A stretch of 58,569 bases of DNA, from NCBI GenBank assembly GCA_045046875.1, contig JASFYY010000146.1:1-58569 (forward strand). Reading direction: 5' to 3'. Positions 29,048-37,568 of this stretch are shown piece after piece. The stretch's first letter is position 1. Every line of letters starts with the position of its first letter. Under the pieces are notes generated by a model. The model saw only the letters and a program-made list of their open reading frames with translations, ran no database searches and had not been told where the DNA came from. Both the position numbers and the translations under genes were made by a program. The DNA is from Verrucomicrobiota bacterium (lineage in GTDB: Bacteria > Verrucomicrobiota > Verrucomicrobiia > Verrucomicrobiales > DEV007).

Positions 29048-32000
29048 ATGAATCCGCGCCCTTTTAACAGAATAAAAGCCATACCAAGGCTGACCGTCTT
29101 TCTGACATTCGGCTTTGGGTTTTGCCTGACTGGATCCATTCCCTGTTTTTCCGCACCAACTGAAATCCAATTCAACCGCGACATTTTACCGATCCTATCG
29201 GATAAATGTTTTCATTGCCACGGCCCCGACGAAGAAGCACGCGAAGCAGATTTGCGGCTCGATACCGCGGCAGGCTCAACCGCCGATCTTGGGGATCATG
29301 CCGCCATCGTTGCCGGACAGCCGCAAAAATCCGAGCTCATCTCGCGGATTTTCCATCAGGACAAGGATGAAATCATGCCTCCGCTAAAGGCAAACAAAGA
29401 CCTGACTGACAAAGAAAAAAATCTACTCAAACAATGGATCGCCGATGGCGCTGAGTATCAAGCTCACTGGGCCTTCCTTCCACTTGCCGGCGAAGTGCCG
29501 CCACAAGTCAACGCTGCAAACACGATCAAAAACCCTATCGACCTTTTCATCCTGGCCAAGCTGGAGAAAAAAGGTTTTGCCCTTGCTCCCGAGGCAGACC
29601 CATCCACCTTGGTGCGCCGTCTTTACGTCGATTTGCTTGGCCTCTTGCCACCTCCCGAATTGGTCAAAAAATTTCGCGACAGTTATGCCGACAATCCAGA
29701 CGGCACTTACCTGCAACTGGTCGACGCCCTGCTCAATAGCCCCCACTACGGCGAACGCTGGGGGCGTCACTGGCTCGACCAGGCACGCTACGCTGACTCC
29801 AATGGTTACACCGTCGATGGGGACCGTCTGATGTGGCCCTACCGTGACTGGGTGATCCGCGCAGTGGGTGACGATCTACCCTTTGATCAGTTCACTATCG
29901 AGCAGATCGCCGGCGACCTATTACCTAAGCCCAGCAAATCGCAGCTCGTCGCCACCGGCTTTCACCGCAACACCCTGATCAATCAAGAGGGCGGAACCGA
30001 CGACGAACAGTTCCGCATTGAGGAAGTCATCGACCGGGTCAATACCACCAGTGCCGTATGGTTGGGACTCACAGTAGGATGCGCGCAATGCCACAATCAC
30101 AAGTTCGACCCAATCAGCCAAAAAGAATTTTACCAACTGTTCGCCTTTTTTAACAGCACCGAAGATGTCAACAATACCGGCCCGACGCTCGAAGTGAATC
30201 AGCGAGAACTGTTCATCGACGAATTTGATCCAATCATCACGCAGCAACTCAAAAACGCACGCAGCGAACTCGCTGCCCTCGATCGTGCCAAAACTTTACG
30301 CCAGACCACTTGGGAGAAAAACCTCATCCGTGAAAGCCAATCCCATTCCACCGCCCAATGGAAACCTCTGGCAGCCCGTTCCTTCAAAGCTCACGGAGGC
30401 GCCCCCTTGAGAAAACTCGATGACGGCTCCTTGCTCGCAAGCAAAGGGGCCCCCCGGGAAGTTTATGAAATCAGCCTGAAACCCGCTGAAGTACTTTCCG
30501 CTATACGTCTGCGCGTTCTGCCTAATACCATCCTGCCCAAAACAGGGCCCGGCCTCGCCGCCAACGGCAATTTTGTACTCACCGCTTTCGAAGTCTGGCA
30601 AGGCAACCAACGTATTCTCATCAAACACGCCCAGGCCGATCACTCACAACCTGGTTTTGCCGTCACTGGAACCATCGATAACAATCCCGAAACCGGCTGG
30701 GCGATCAATATCGGCAAAGGTTCTGCTCGCGGAGCCAGAATGAATGCCGAACACGAAGCCGACTTTGTTTTTGCCCACCCTTTGATGCCTAACAGATATG
30801 ATCTCCGAATCATTCTGCGCCATGATAAAAACGATCATTATAATATCGGCCGTTTTGCCATCGACGGCAGCACCAGTGCTCCGGCATCGATCAAAGACGA
30901 ACAAGTGCTGGTCACTCTGCGTACCGCACCCGAAAAAAGAAATAAAACCCAAAAGAAACTCGCCAACGAAGCCTTCGCCGCTGCCGATACCGAACGCAAA
31001 GCCGCACTGGCAAAAATAGAGCACCTCAAAGGCCAACTGGGAATGGGTCCTGCGGCCAGAATGATGATCACCCGTGAACTCAAACAGCCGCGCAGCACCT
31101 ACCTTCTCACCCGTGGCAACTTTCTCCTGCCGGATAAAAAAACAGGCCCACTCAAAGCCGGCGTCCCAAAAATCCTTAACACCCTGACAATTGCCGGCTC
31201 TCAGCAAGCCACTCGTCTCGACCTCGCTCATTGGCTGGTCAGCCCCGACAACCCACTAACTCCAAGAGTAACGGTGAACCGTGTTTGGATGCGCTACTTC
31301 GGTCATGGCTTGGTTGCTACCGAAAATGATTTTGGCACCCAAGGCTCCTACCCTACCCACCCCGCCTTGCTCGATTGGCTGGCCGGACAATTCATCCGCA
31401 ACGGCTGGTCGATGCGCAAACTGCACCAATTGATCGTCACCTCCGCCACCTACCGCCAATCCTCACACGCTCGCCCTGAGCTGAACGGGATCGATGCGCA
31501 CAACATCCTACTGTCCCGCCAAAATCGGATCCGCTTCGATGCCGAGATCATCCGTGACGCCTCATTATCAGCCAGCGGGCTACTGACCGCCACCATCGGC
31601 GGCCCCAGCGTCCGCCCTCCGCAACCCGATGGCGTTTACGCTTTCACCCAGAACAAAAAAAGCTGGAAAGCCGAAACTAATGACAACCGCTACCGTCGCG
31701 CGCTCTACACCCAATTCTACCGCAGCGCCCCCTACCCTATGCTGACCACCTTCGACTCCCCCGATTTCCAAGCTGTCTGCACCCAGCGCTCCCGGTCTAA
31801 TACCCCGCTTCAATCACTCACCCTGGCCAATGACGCCGCACTTTTTGAGATGTGCCAAGGCCTAGCCCGTCGCATCATGACAGAAATCCCCGGCAATGAC
31901 GCCAAATCCCGACAAAGGCGGGTACGTCGAGCTTATGTGCTCTGTTATTCCAGACAACCTTCAGGCAATGAACTCAAAAAAGTAACAAGCTTTCAACAAA

Positions 32001-32152
32001 ATCAAGTCGCCCATTTTACAAAAAATAAACAAGCAGCTGAAATGATTGCTCCCAGCAACACCCCTGCCGGATACGACTCCGCCACCGCTGCCTCATGGAC
32101 ATCCGTGGCCCGGGCACTGATGAACACCGACGAATTTATCACCCGCGAGTGA
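29048..32152 (+). CDS. PSD1/planctomycete cytochrome c, DUF1549 and DUF1553 protein
   Basis: CFHCHGPD, YGERWGRHWLD, CAQCHNHKFDP, PTHPALLDWLA, NTPLQSL motifs; ends NTDEFITRE. Confidence 0.93.
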   Translation: MNPRPFNRIKAIPRLTVFLTFGFGFCLTGSIPCFSAPTEIQFNRDILPILSDKCFHCHGPDEEAREADLRLDTAAGSTADLGDHAAIVAGQPQKSELISRIFHQDKDEIMPPLKANKDLTDKEKNLLKQWIADGAEYQAHWAFLPLAGEVPPQVNAANTIKNPIDLFILAKLEKKGFALAPEADPSTLVRRLYVDLLGLLPPPELVKKFRDSYADNPDGTYLQLVDALLNSPHYGERWGRHWLDQARYADSNGYTVDGDRLMWPYRDWVIRAVGDDLPFDQFTIEQIAGDLLPKPSKSQLVATGFHRNTLINQEGGTDDEQFRIEEVIDRVNTTSAVWLGLTVGCAQCHNHKFDPISQKEFYQLFAFFNSTEDVNNTGPTLEVNQRELFIDEFDPIITQQLKNARSELAALDRAKTLRQTTWEKNLIRESQSHSTAQWKPLAARSFKAHGGAPLRKLDDGSLLASKGAPREVYEISLKPAEVLSAIRLRVLPNTILPKTGPGLAANGNFVLTAFEVWQGNQRILIKHAQADHSQPGFAVTGTIDNNPETGWAINIGKGSARGARMNAEHEADFVFAHPLMPNRYDLRIILRHDKNDHYNIGRFAIDGSTSAPASIKDEQVLVTLRTAPEKRNKTQKKLANEAFAAADTERKAALAKIEHLKGQLGMGPAARMMITRELKQPRSTYLLTRGNFLLPDKKTGPLKAGVPKILNTLTIAGSQQATRLDLAHWLVSPDNPLTPRVTVNRVWMRYFGHGLVATENDFGTQGSYPTHPALLDWLAGQFIRNGWSMRKLHQLIVTSATYRQSSHARPELNGIDAHNILLSRQNRIRFDAEIIRDASLSASGLLTATIGGPSVRPPQPDGVYAFTQNKKSWKAETNDNRYRRALYTQFYRSAPYPMLTTFDSPDFQAVCTQRSRSNTPLQSLTLANDAALFEMCQGLARRIMTEIPGNDAKSRQRRVRRAYVLCYSRQPSGNELKKVTSFQQNQVAHFTKNKQAAEMIAPSNTPAGYDSATAASWTSVARALMNTDEFITRE

Positions 32153-32242
32153 CCCTGATTAAGAGGAACAAAGCAAATGAAAGAAGTCGGATCATAAACC
32201 GAATGGGAGTCTGACAAAAATTAACCGGATTTTCTGGAGTCA

Positions 32243-33538
32243 TTATTTCTCCGAGTGAATAGTTTGGTAAATTTCTGCACCCTTGAACTGGGATCGATCA
32301 CCAAGATGCCGCTCGATACGCAGCACTTCATTCCACTTCGCCATGCGTTCGCTGCGTGCGAAGGAGCCGACTTTAAGCTGTCCGGCATTGGTGGCAACCG
32401 CCAGGTGAGCAATGAAAGTGTCTTCGGTTTCACCGGAGCGTGCGGAGACGACCGGCAACCATCCCGCATCTTGAGTCAGGCGGATAGCGTCGAGAGTTTC
32501 GGAGACCGTTCCGATCTGATTGAGTTTAATCAGAACGGCGTTAGCAGCATTTTTTTCAATGCCTTTGCGGATACGTCCAAGATTAGTGGTGAACAGATCA
32601 TCACCAATAATTTGCACTTTCCGACCGATAGCGGTTTTAATTTTTATCCAGGCATCCCAGTCGGTGTCGGCTGCTGGATCCTCAATGGAGATCACAGGGT
32701 AGCGTTGACACCAGTCGATTATGAGATCGGAAAATTCATCTGAAGTGAAACTCCGGTTTTCCGAAGGGAAGCAGTAGCTATGGGTGCTGTGATCGTAGAG
32801 ATCACTGGCAGCGATGTCGAGTGAAAGTGAGGCGTCCACACCCGGGGTGTAGCCGGCGCGCTCAATTGCGCTTATAATAAGTTCGAAAGCTTCTTCATTG
32901 CTGGTTAATTCGGGCCAGTATCCCCCTTCGTCGGCGAGTCCAAAACGACGACCTTGTTCATGAAGGATGTCCCCCGCTGCATGATAAATGTTGAAAGTGA
33001 TTTCCAGTGCCTCTCGGTAGGTTTTTGCAGCCTTGGCAATGATCATGAAATCCTGTATATCGGTGCGCCAGTTGGCATGGGCACCACCTCCAATGATCTG
33101 GATTTCCGGTAGTGGGAGCAATGTGCCCTTACCTGAGCCGAGGGTGGTGTAGAGAGCTTCACCTTTTGCTTTGGCGGCGGCGTTTGCGGCAGCCATCGAT
33201 ACTGAGAGAATCGCATTCGCACCCAGACGTGTTTTATTATCTGTTCCATCGAGGGCAATCATAGCTTCGTCGAGCCCTTGTTGGTCATCGATGTCACGCC
33301 CACACACAAACTCCGATATTTCACCTTCAACGTGGCCAATAGCCTTAAAAACAGACTTTCCACGCCATTGAACGGGATCACCGTCACGCAGTTCCAAAGC
33401 TTCGTATTGCCCGGTAGAGGCTCCGGAAGGCACGATGCCGCTTGCGCACACGCCGTTCTCAAGCTCGATTTCCGTTTCGATTGTGGGATAACCACGGGAA
33501 TCAAAAATCTGAATAGCTGAAATTCTTTTTATTTTCAT
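32243..33538 (-). CDS. enolase-family protein with variant active site
   Basis: DSRG-PT, PSGASTG, EALELRD, DEGG, SIED, GDDL and IKLNQIG conserved; QDF and SARSGETED variants. Confidence 0.9.
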   Translation of the reverse strand: MKIKRISAIQIFDSRGYPTIETEIELENGVCASGIVPSGASTGQYEALELRDGDPVQWRGKSVFKAIGHVEGEISEFVCGRDIDDQQGLDEAMIALDGTDNKTRLGANAILSVSMAAANAAAKAKGEALYTTLGSGKGTLLPLPEIQIIGGGAHANWRTDIQDFMIIAKAAKTYREALEITFNIYHAAGDILHEQGRRFGLADEGGYWPELTSNEEAFELIISAIERAGYTPGVDASLSLDIAASDLYDHSTHSYCFPSENRSFTSDEFSDLIIDWCQRYPVISIEDPAADTDWDAWIKIKTAIGRKVQIIGDDLFTTNLGRIRKGIEKNAANAVLIKLNQIGTVSETLDAIRLTQDAGWLPVVSARSGETEDTFIAHLAVATNAGQLKVGSFARSERMAKWNEVLRIERHLGDRSQFKGAEIYQTIHSEK

Positions 33539-33603
33539 AGAAGCGGGCAACTGAACCATGAATCACATTAATGGAATAGCTATTCTTCAGGTTGATCAAA
33601 TAG

Positions 33604-34629
33604 TTAGGGCTGTTCCAGATTTTTTTGCCACTTGTCGAACAATTCAGTGACATCTTTCGGAGTTTCTCTCAATACCTGATAAGCAAACTTACGCAGGGTT
33701 TGTTTTTTTTGCTCATCAGCCAAGTATTCTACGGGTGATTTGCCATCAACGCGAGCGAGCATAAGCATGGGAAGGAGAATATGCAGAAAAGGTGCCACTG
33801 CAGAACTGATGAGAGTTTCCCCCAGTTCGTCACAGTAGGCCATCCATGCGGCATGGGTCAGTTCGATGCACGAAGTCCGGTTTTTGTCGAGGTGGAGGGA
33901 TTTAAGCAACAGGTGATTGAGCAGAAAGGCGATATCAAAAACCGGGTCACCAAACCAAGCGACCTCACAGTCGAGTATAACGAAGTGTCCGCTGGAGAGC
34001 ATTAAGTTTTTCGGACTGTAGTCTCCATGCACGAGGCAGAGCTGCGTTTGATGCAGGCGCTGTGCCTCTGCACGAATGCAAGTGGAGAGCTCGGGGTGTC
34101 GTTCCGCCGTAGTAAGAAGGTAGGGTTCTATGCGCAGTTGATGGAAATTCTCCTTACTTTCAAAATTAGCCTGGACTTTTTTATCACCCCAGGTTTGCCG
34201 ATGAATGGTAGCCAGCATTTTCCCGGCAATTGATGCGTGGTGGATTTCACAAACGCCGGCTAATAGAAGTTCTTTCCAGTTGGAAAAATCCTCACCAAGA
34301 AATTCCATGGCAAAATAGCCACGTTCTGCATTTGAAAATAGAACATCTGGCACCGCATCGGGTAGAAAACCGGCAACGCATTGCAGATAGGCAAGTTCAA
34401 AACGGTTGCGGGATATGTCGGCATACCAATCATCCTTTACGCGTAATTTTTCCAACGCCCGCTTTATGACAAATACGCGTTCACCATCGTTGACTCGATA
34501 GATGTCACTCGATACCCCTCCTGTCAACGCGGTGATTTCTGCTTCAGGGTCGTTGATATAGCCATCTGTGAGCAGTTGCCTACGCATGGAATCGGCGTTG
34601 GGCAATGATGCTTCAAGAACGTGTGTCAC
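33604..34629 (-). CDS. APH/5-methylthioribose-kinase-like phosphotransferase
   Basis: LTGGVSS, IKRAL, LVHGDYSPKN and LDCE..GDPVFD motifs. Confidence 0.88.
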   Translation of the reverse strand: MTHVLEASLPNADSMRRQLLTDGYINDPEAEITALTGGVSSDIYRVNDGERVFVIKRALEKLRVKDDWYADISRNRFELAYLQCVAGFLPDAVPDVLFSNAERGYFAMEFLGEDFSNWKELLLAGVCEIHHASIAGKMLATIHRQTWGDKKVQANFESKENFHQLRIEPYLLTTAERHPELSTCIRAEAQRLHQTQLCLVHGDYSPKNLMLSSGHFVILDCEVAWFGDPVFDIAFLLNHLLLKSLHLDKNRTSCIELTHAAWMAYCDELGETLISSAVAPFLHILLPMLMLARVDGKSPVEYLADEQKKQTLRKFAYQVLRETPKDVTELFDKWQKNLEQP

Positions 34630-34929
34630 GAGAGGGTTTGTAGGGGGTTAAGAGGAAGAAGGGAGCCATTTCCATTCATATACCAAACACAAACACGGTA
34701 TTTTTCTACCGTCAAGCCTGCTAAGCGCTCAAATAGAGGATTTCCGACGGTCTTTGCGCAAATCTACCCTGAATCATGAACACACGATTCATCCGAGCCT
34801 TTCTCCTGCTCCCTTTCCGCCATGAGATTGGAGAAGGATGTTTGGTTAACAGAGGTGGCGGGGGCGATTCATATTCCTCCGCCTTCAGCCTCCTCAGAGG
34901 ACGCCACTAATTTTCGATTCTAGCACATC

Positions 34930-35504
34930 GTGATTATTTCCCCTTATCGCAAAATTCACTGCGGACTTCACTTTATAGCTGCCGCATTCTGCTTCACTTT
35001 GTTCAGTAATGCAAAGTCCATTGCGGATGACAAACTCGCTGCTAAAACCGAAAAAACTGAACGGCTAATTTCTCTGGTAGTGCTGTTGCATGAGCCGAGC
35101 GATCTGAATGAGCATACTCTCGGCACAATAGTCAATAAGGCACTGGGGGTCAAACGCGGCCATGATGAAAAGGATGGCAACTTTGTCGTTGTGAAAAAGA
35201 GCTGACACAATTTTGTTAATGCTTTCCGTGAGAAGGCGGGCTCAGAGTTCGCCGTGAAGGGGCGGATTATCGAAGGTGACAACGCCGAATTCCTGTGGTT
35301 AATCGTCGATTCAATTGATGACATGAAAGTCCATGGACAGCTCGATAACCGGCCGTCTACTGTCATGAACCTCAAAATGGGTCAAGATCTTCGCATACCA
35401 GTCGCAGACGTGGATGATTGGATCTACCTCAACAAAGAAAAAACGTCGGAGGCTTCATCATCAAGGTATTCGACCAACTCGCACAACCTAAGCCAAAGCA
35501 TTAA
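34930..35504 (+). pseudogene. DUF2314-like secreted protein pseudogene
   Basis: In-frame TGA at 35203-35205; EFLW..GQLDNRP..VDDWIY, then a frameshift before VGGFIIKV. Confidence 0.65.
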
Positions 35505-35588
35505 AAATTCGTGTAAGTCTCGGTGAGATGGAGTTTTTCAACAAAAAGAGGAAAGATGCTGAAATTTGCATCCTTCTATCAGACGACA

Positions 35589-35723
35589 TTAGAGTTTATC
35601 CAAAATAGATTCACGCTTTGCTTGGAACTCAGATTCCGAGATCAACTTTTGATCCCATAGGCTCTGAAGTTTTTCAATTACATCATTCTTAGCGGGAGAA
35701 AAGAAAAGGTGAATCCAATTCAT
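35589..35723 (-). CDS. 44 aa SHOCT-domain mini-ORF or gene remnant
   Basis: MNWIHLFFSPAKNDVIEKLQSLWDQKLISESEFQAKRESILDKL; below the ORF track length cutoff. Confidence 0.5.
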   Translation of the reverse strand: MNWIHLFFSPAKNDVIEKLQSLWDQKLISESEFQAKRESILDKL

Positions 35724-35779
35724 TCCCTATGATTGGAACACGGGATATTTCTGCCGTCAAGAGCCAATGAGTAGGCAAA
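35701..35779 (-). repeat. dispersed repeat B with sigma70-like promoter; copies at 43951-44028 and partial at 34692-34716
   Basis: ggtgaatcc..gattRgaacacgggatatttctRccgtcaaga..aatgagYaggcaaa; minus strand reads TTGACG-N17-TC(C/T)AAT. Confidence 0.85.
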
Positions 35780-35932
35780 CTTTTCCTCCAATCCCTCGTT
35801 CGCCTTTGGCTGCTGAATGTGGCAATCACCGCCTTGGCTGCAAAGGCCAATTACCCTGTAGCCCCACCGCCTCATCGACAACCCTGGCTCGGACTTTGAT
35901 GAACACCGGCGAATTTATCATACGCGAGTGAC
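35777..35932 (+). pseudogene. chimeric scar: esterase 5' end fused to PSD1 3' end
   Basis: KLFLQSLVRLWLL..KANYP resembles the N-terminus of the 20733 gene; 35897-35932 matches 32118-32153 at 33/36 nt. Confidence 0.8.
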
Positions 35933-36026
35933 TACTCGCTAAAGCCTGCTTTCTCAATTACCCTATTCTCATTGACCGAAGCGAAGTTGGCGGAAAGTAG
36001 CAAAACGACTTAATGTATCGTGAACT

Positions 36027-37394
36027 TCATTCACTTTGCCCCCAGATTTTTGGAACGACAAACGCTGCCGGGGGCCGATTCGGGGTAATGTTTGCTTTGA
36101 CTGCTTCGCTTTCCAATTGGGCCAATTTCGCTTTCAACCTTGCAAAAACTTTAGGGCGTTTTTTGCTAACATCATTCGTTTCGGACAGGTCCTTCTTGAT
36201 GTTGAAGAGCTCCCAAATCTCCTTTTTGTCAGCACTGGTCACATTGGCCCGGACATGTCCATTGTGAACCAATTTCCAGTCACCCATTCGGATCGCACCA
36301 GCGAATGGCGATACGTTGTGCAGGATGAATTCATGCGGAGTCACTTTGCCTTTGGCAATGGTTGGCCAGGCATTTATTCCATCGAGAGCTTTTGTGTTAT
36401 CTGCTTTTGCCCCGGCAAGATACGCAAATGTAGGGAAAATATCCACGATATGAAGCGGCTCATCCACATCCGTATTCGCTTTCAATTTCCCTTTCCAAAC
36501 GGCAATTGCCGGAACCCGGACTCCGCCTTCGTAGAGGGAGCTCTTACCATCACGAAGTTTTCCATTGGAACCCAGTTTTTTGATTCCCCCGTTGTCCGAA
36601 CAGAAAAATATCAAGGTGTTTTCGGCAGGAAAATCATGTTGCTGCAATGCAGCAATGATCTTTCCCACTGCATCATCCATACAGGTGACCATGGCCGCAT
36701 AGATTCGGCGATTCTTAATTTTGAAGGATTCAGTATAACGCTCAATATATTCTTCAGGAGCCTGCAAAGGCGTATGAGGCGCGTTAAAGGGAACGTAAAG
36801 AAAAAGCGGATCAGACTTGTCATGTTCGCCAATAATTCGAGCAGCTTCTTCTCCTATTAGATCAGTCGAATAGCCTTCGTCGTAATTAGCGGTGTCATTC
36901 CGATGCCAATCATGCCCTCCATCGCGAATATGGGTGAAGTAATCGAGCGCACCATTGTAATGTCCATATTGCTGATCAAAACCACGATGAGTCGGAAGAA
37001 AATCGGGAGAAAGGTGGCCGAGATGCCATTTCCCGACAAGCGAAGTTTTGTATCCAGATTTTCCCAGCATCTCCGGCAAAGTAAGTTCATCCAGTGGCAA
37101 GCCATGATTTGCCCAAGGGCGAACAACACCACATTGCAAGCCAAGTCGCATCGGGTAGCGCCCCGTCATCAACGCCCCGCGCGTAGGGGAGCACACTGGC
37201 TGCACATAAAACTGATTCAAGCGAACACCTTGTTTCGCCAGCTTGTCGATATTCGGAGTGGCAATTTTGCTAGCGTGATAACCAACATCTCCCCAGCCGA
37301 GATCGTCTGCCATCATGAAAATGATGTGAGGCTTTTCAGCTGCCTGGACCTGGCAAGCAATGAGCATGAGCAGAAAGAGAATAATGCGCTTCAT
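36027..37394 (-). CDS. arylsulfatase B-like sulfatase
   Basis: DDLGW, CSPTRGALMTG, GKWHLG, PHTP and SDNG motifs; signal peptide from ATG 37394. Confidence 0.94.
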   Translation of the reverse strand: MKRIILFLLMLIACQVQAAEKPHIIFMMADDLGWGDVGYHASKIATPNIDKLAKQGVRLNQFYVQPVCSPTRGALMTGRYPMRLGLQCGVVRPWANHGLPLDELTLPEMLGKSGYKTSLVGKWHLGHLSPDFLPTHRGFDQQYGHYNGALDYFTHIRDGGHDWHRNDTANYDEGYSTDLIGEEAARIIGEHDKSDPLFLYVPFNAPHTPLQAPEEYIERYTESFKIKNRRIYAAMVTCMDDAVGKIIAALQQHDFPAENTLIFFCSDNGGIKKLGSNGKLRDGKSSLYEGGVRVPAIAVWKGKLKANTDVDEPLHIVDIFPTFAYLAGAKADNTKALDGINAWPTIAKGKVTPHEFILHNVSPFAGAIRMGDWKLVHNGHVRANVTSADKKEIWELFNIKKDLSETNDVSKKRPKVFARLKAKLAQLESEAVKANITPNRPPAAFVVPKIWGQSE

Positions 37395-37568
37395 AAAATT
37401 ATTTGATGATATCGTTTCTTGATTGTGCTCCACAGTTTGTCAGTTGTTGACGAGTATCCAATTGATTGTCGGAGAGGGATTTCCCAGGAGGATCACAATT
37501 GATAAGGTCGTTCGCTCTTTGTTATGTTTTTCTGAACTGAATTCACTATTGGTGTAATCGCTTGATTT

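Noticed and set aside
32243..33538. Assigning the symbol eno
   Set aside because: Active-site substitutions and accessory context make the housekeeping role doubtful
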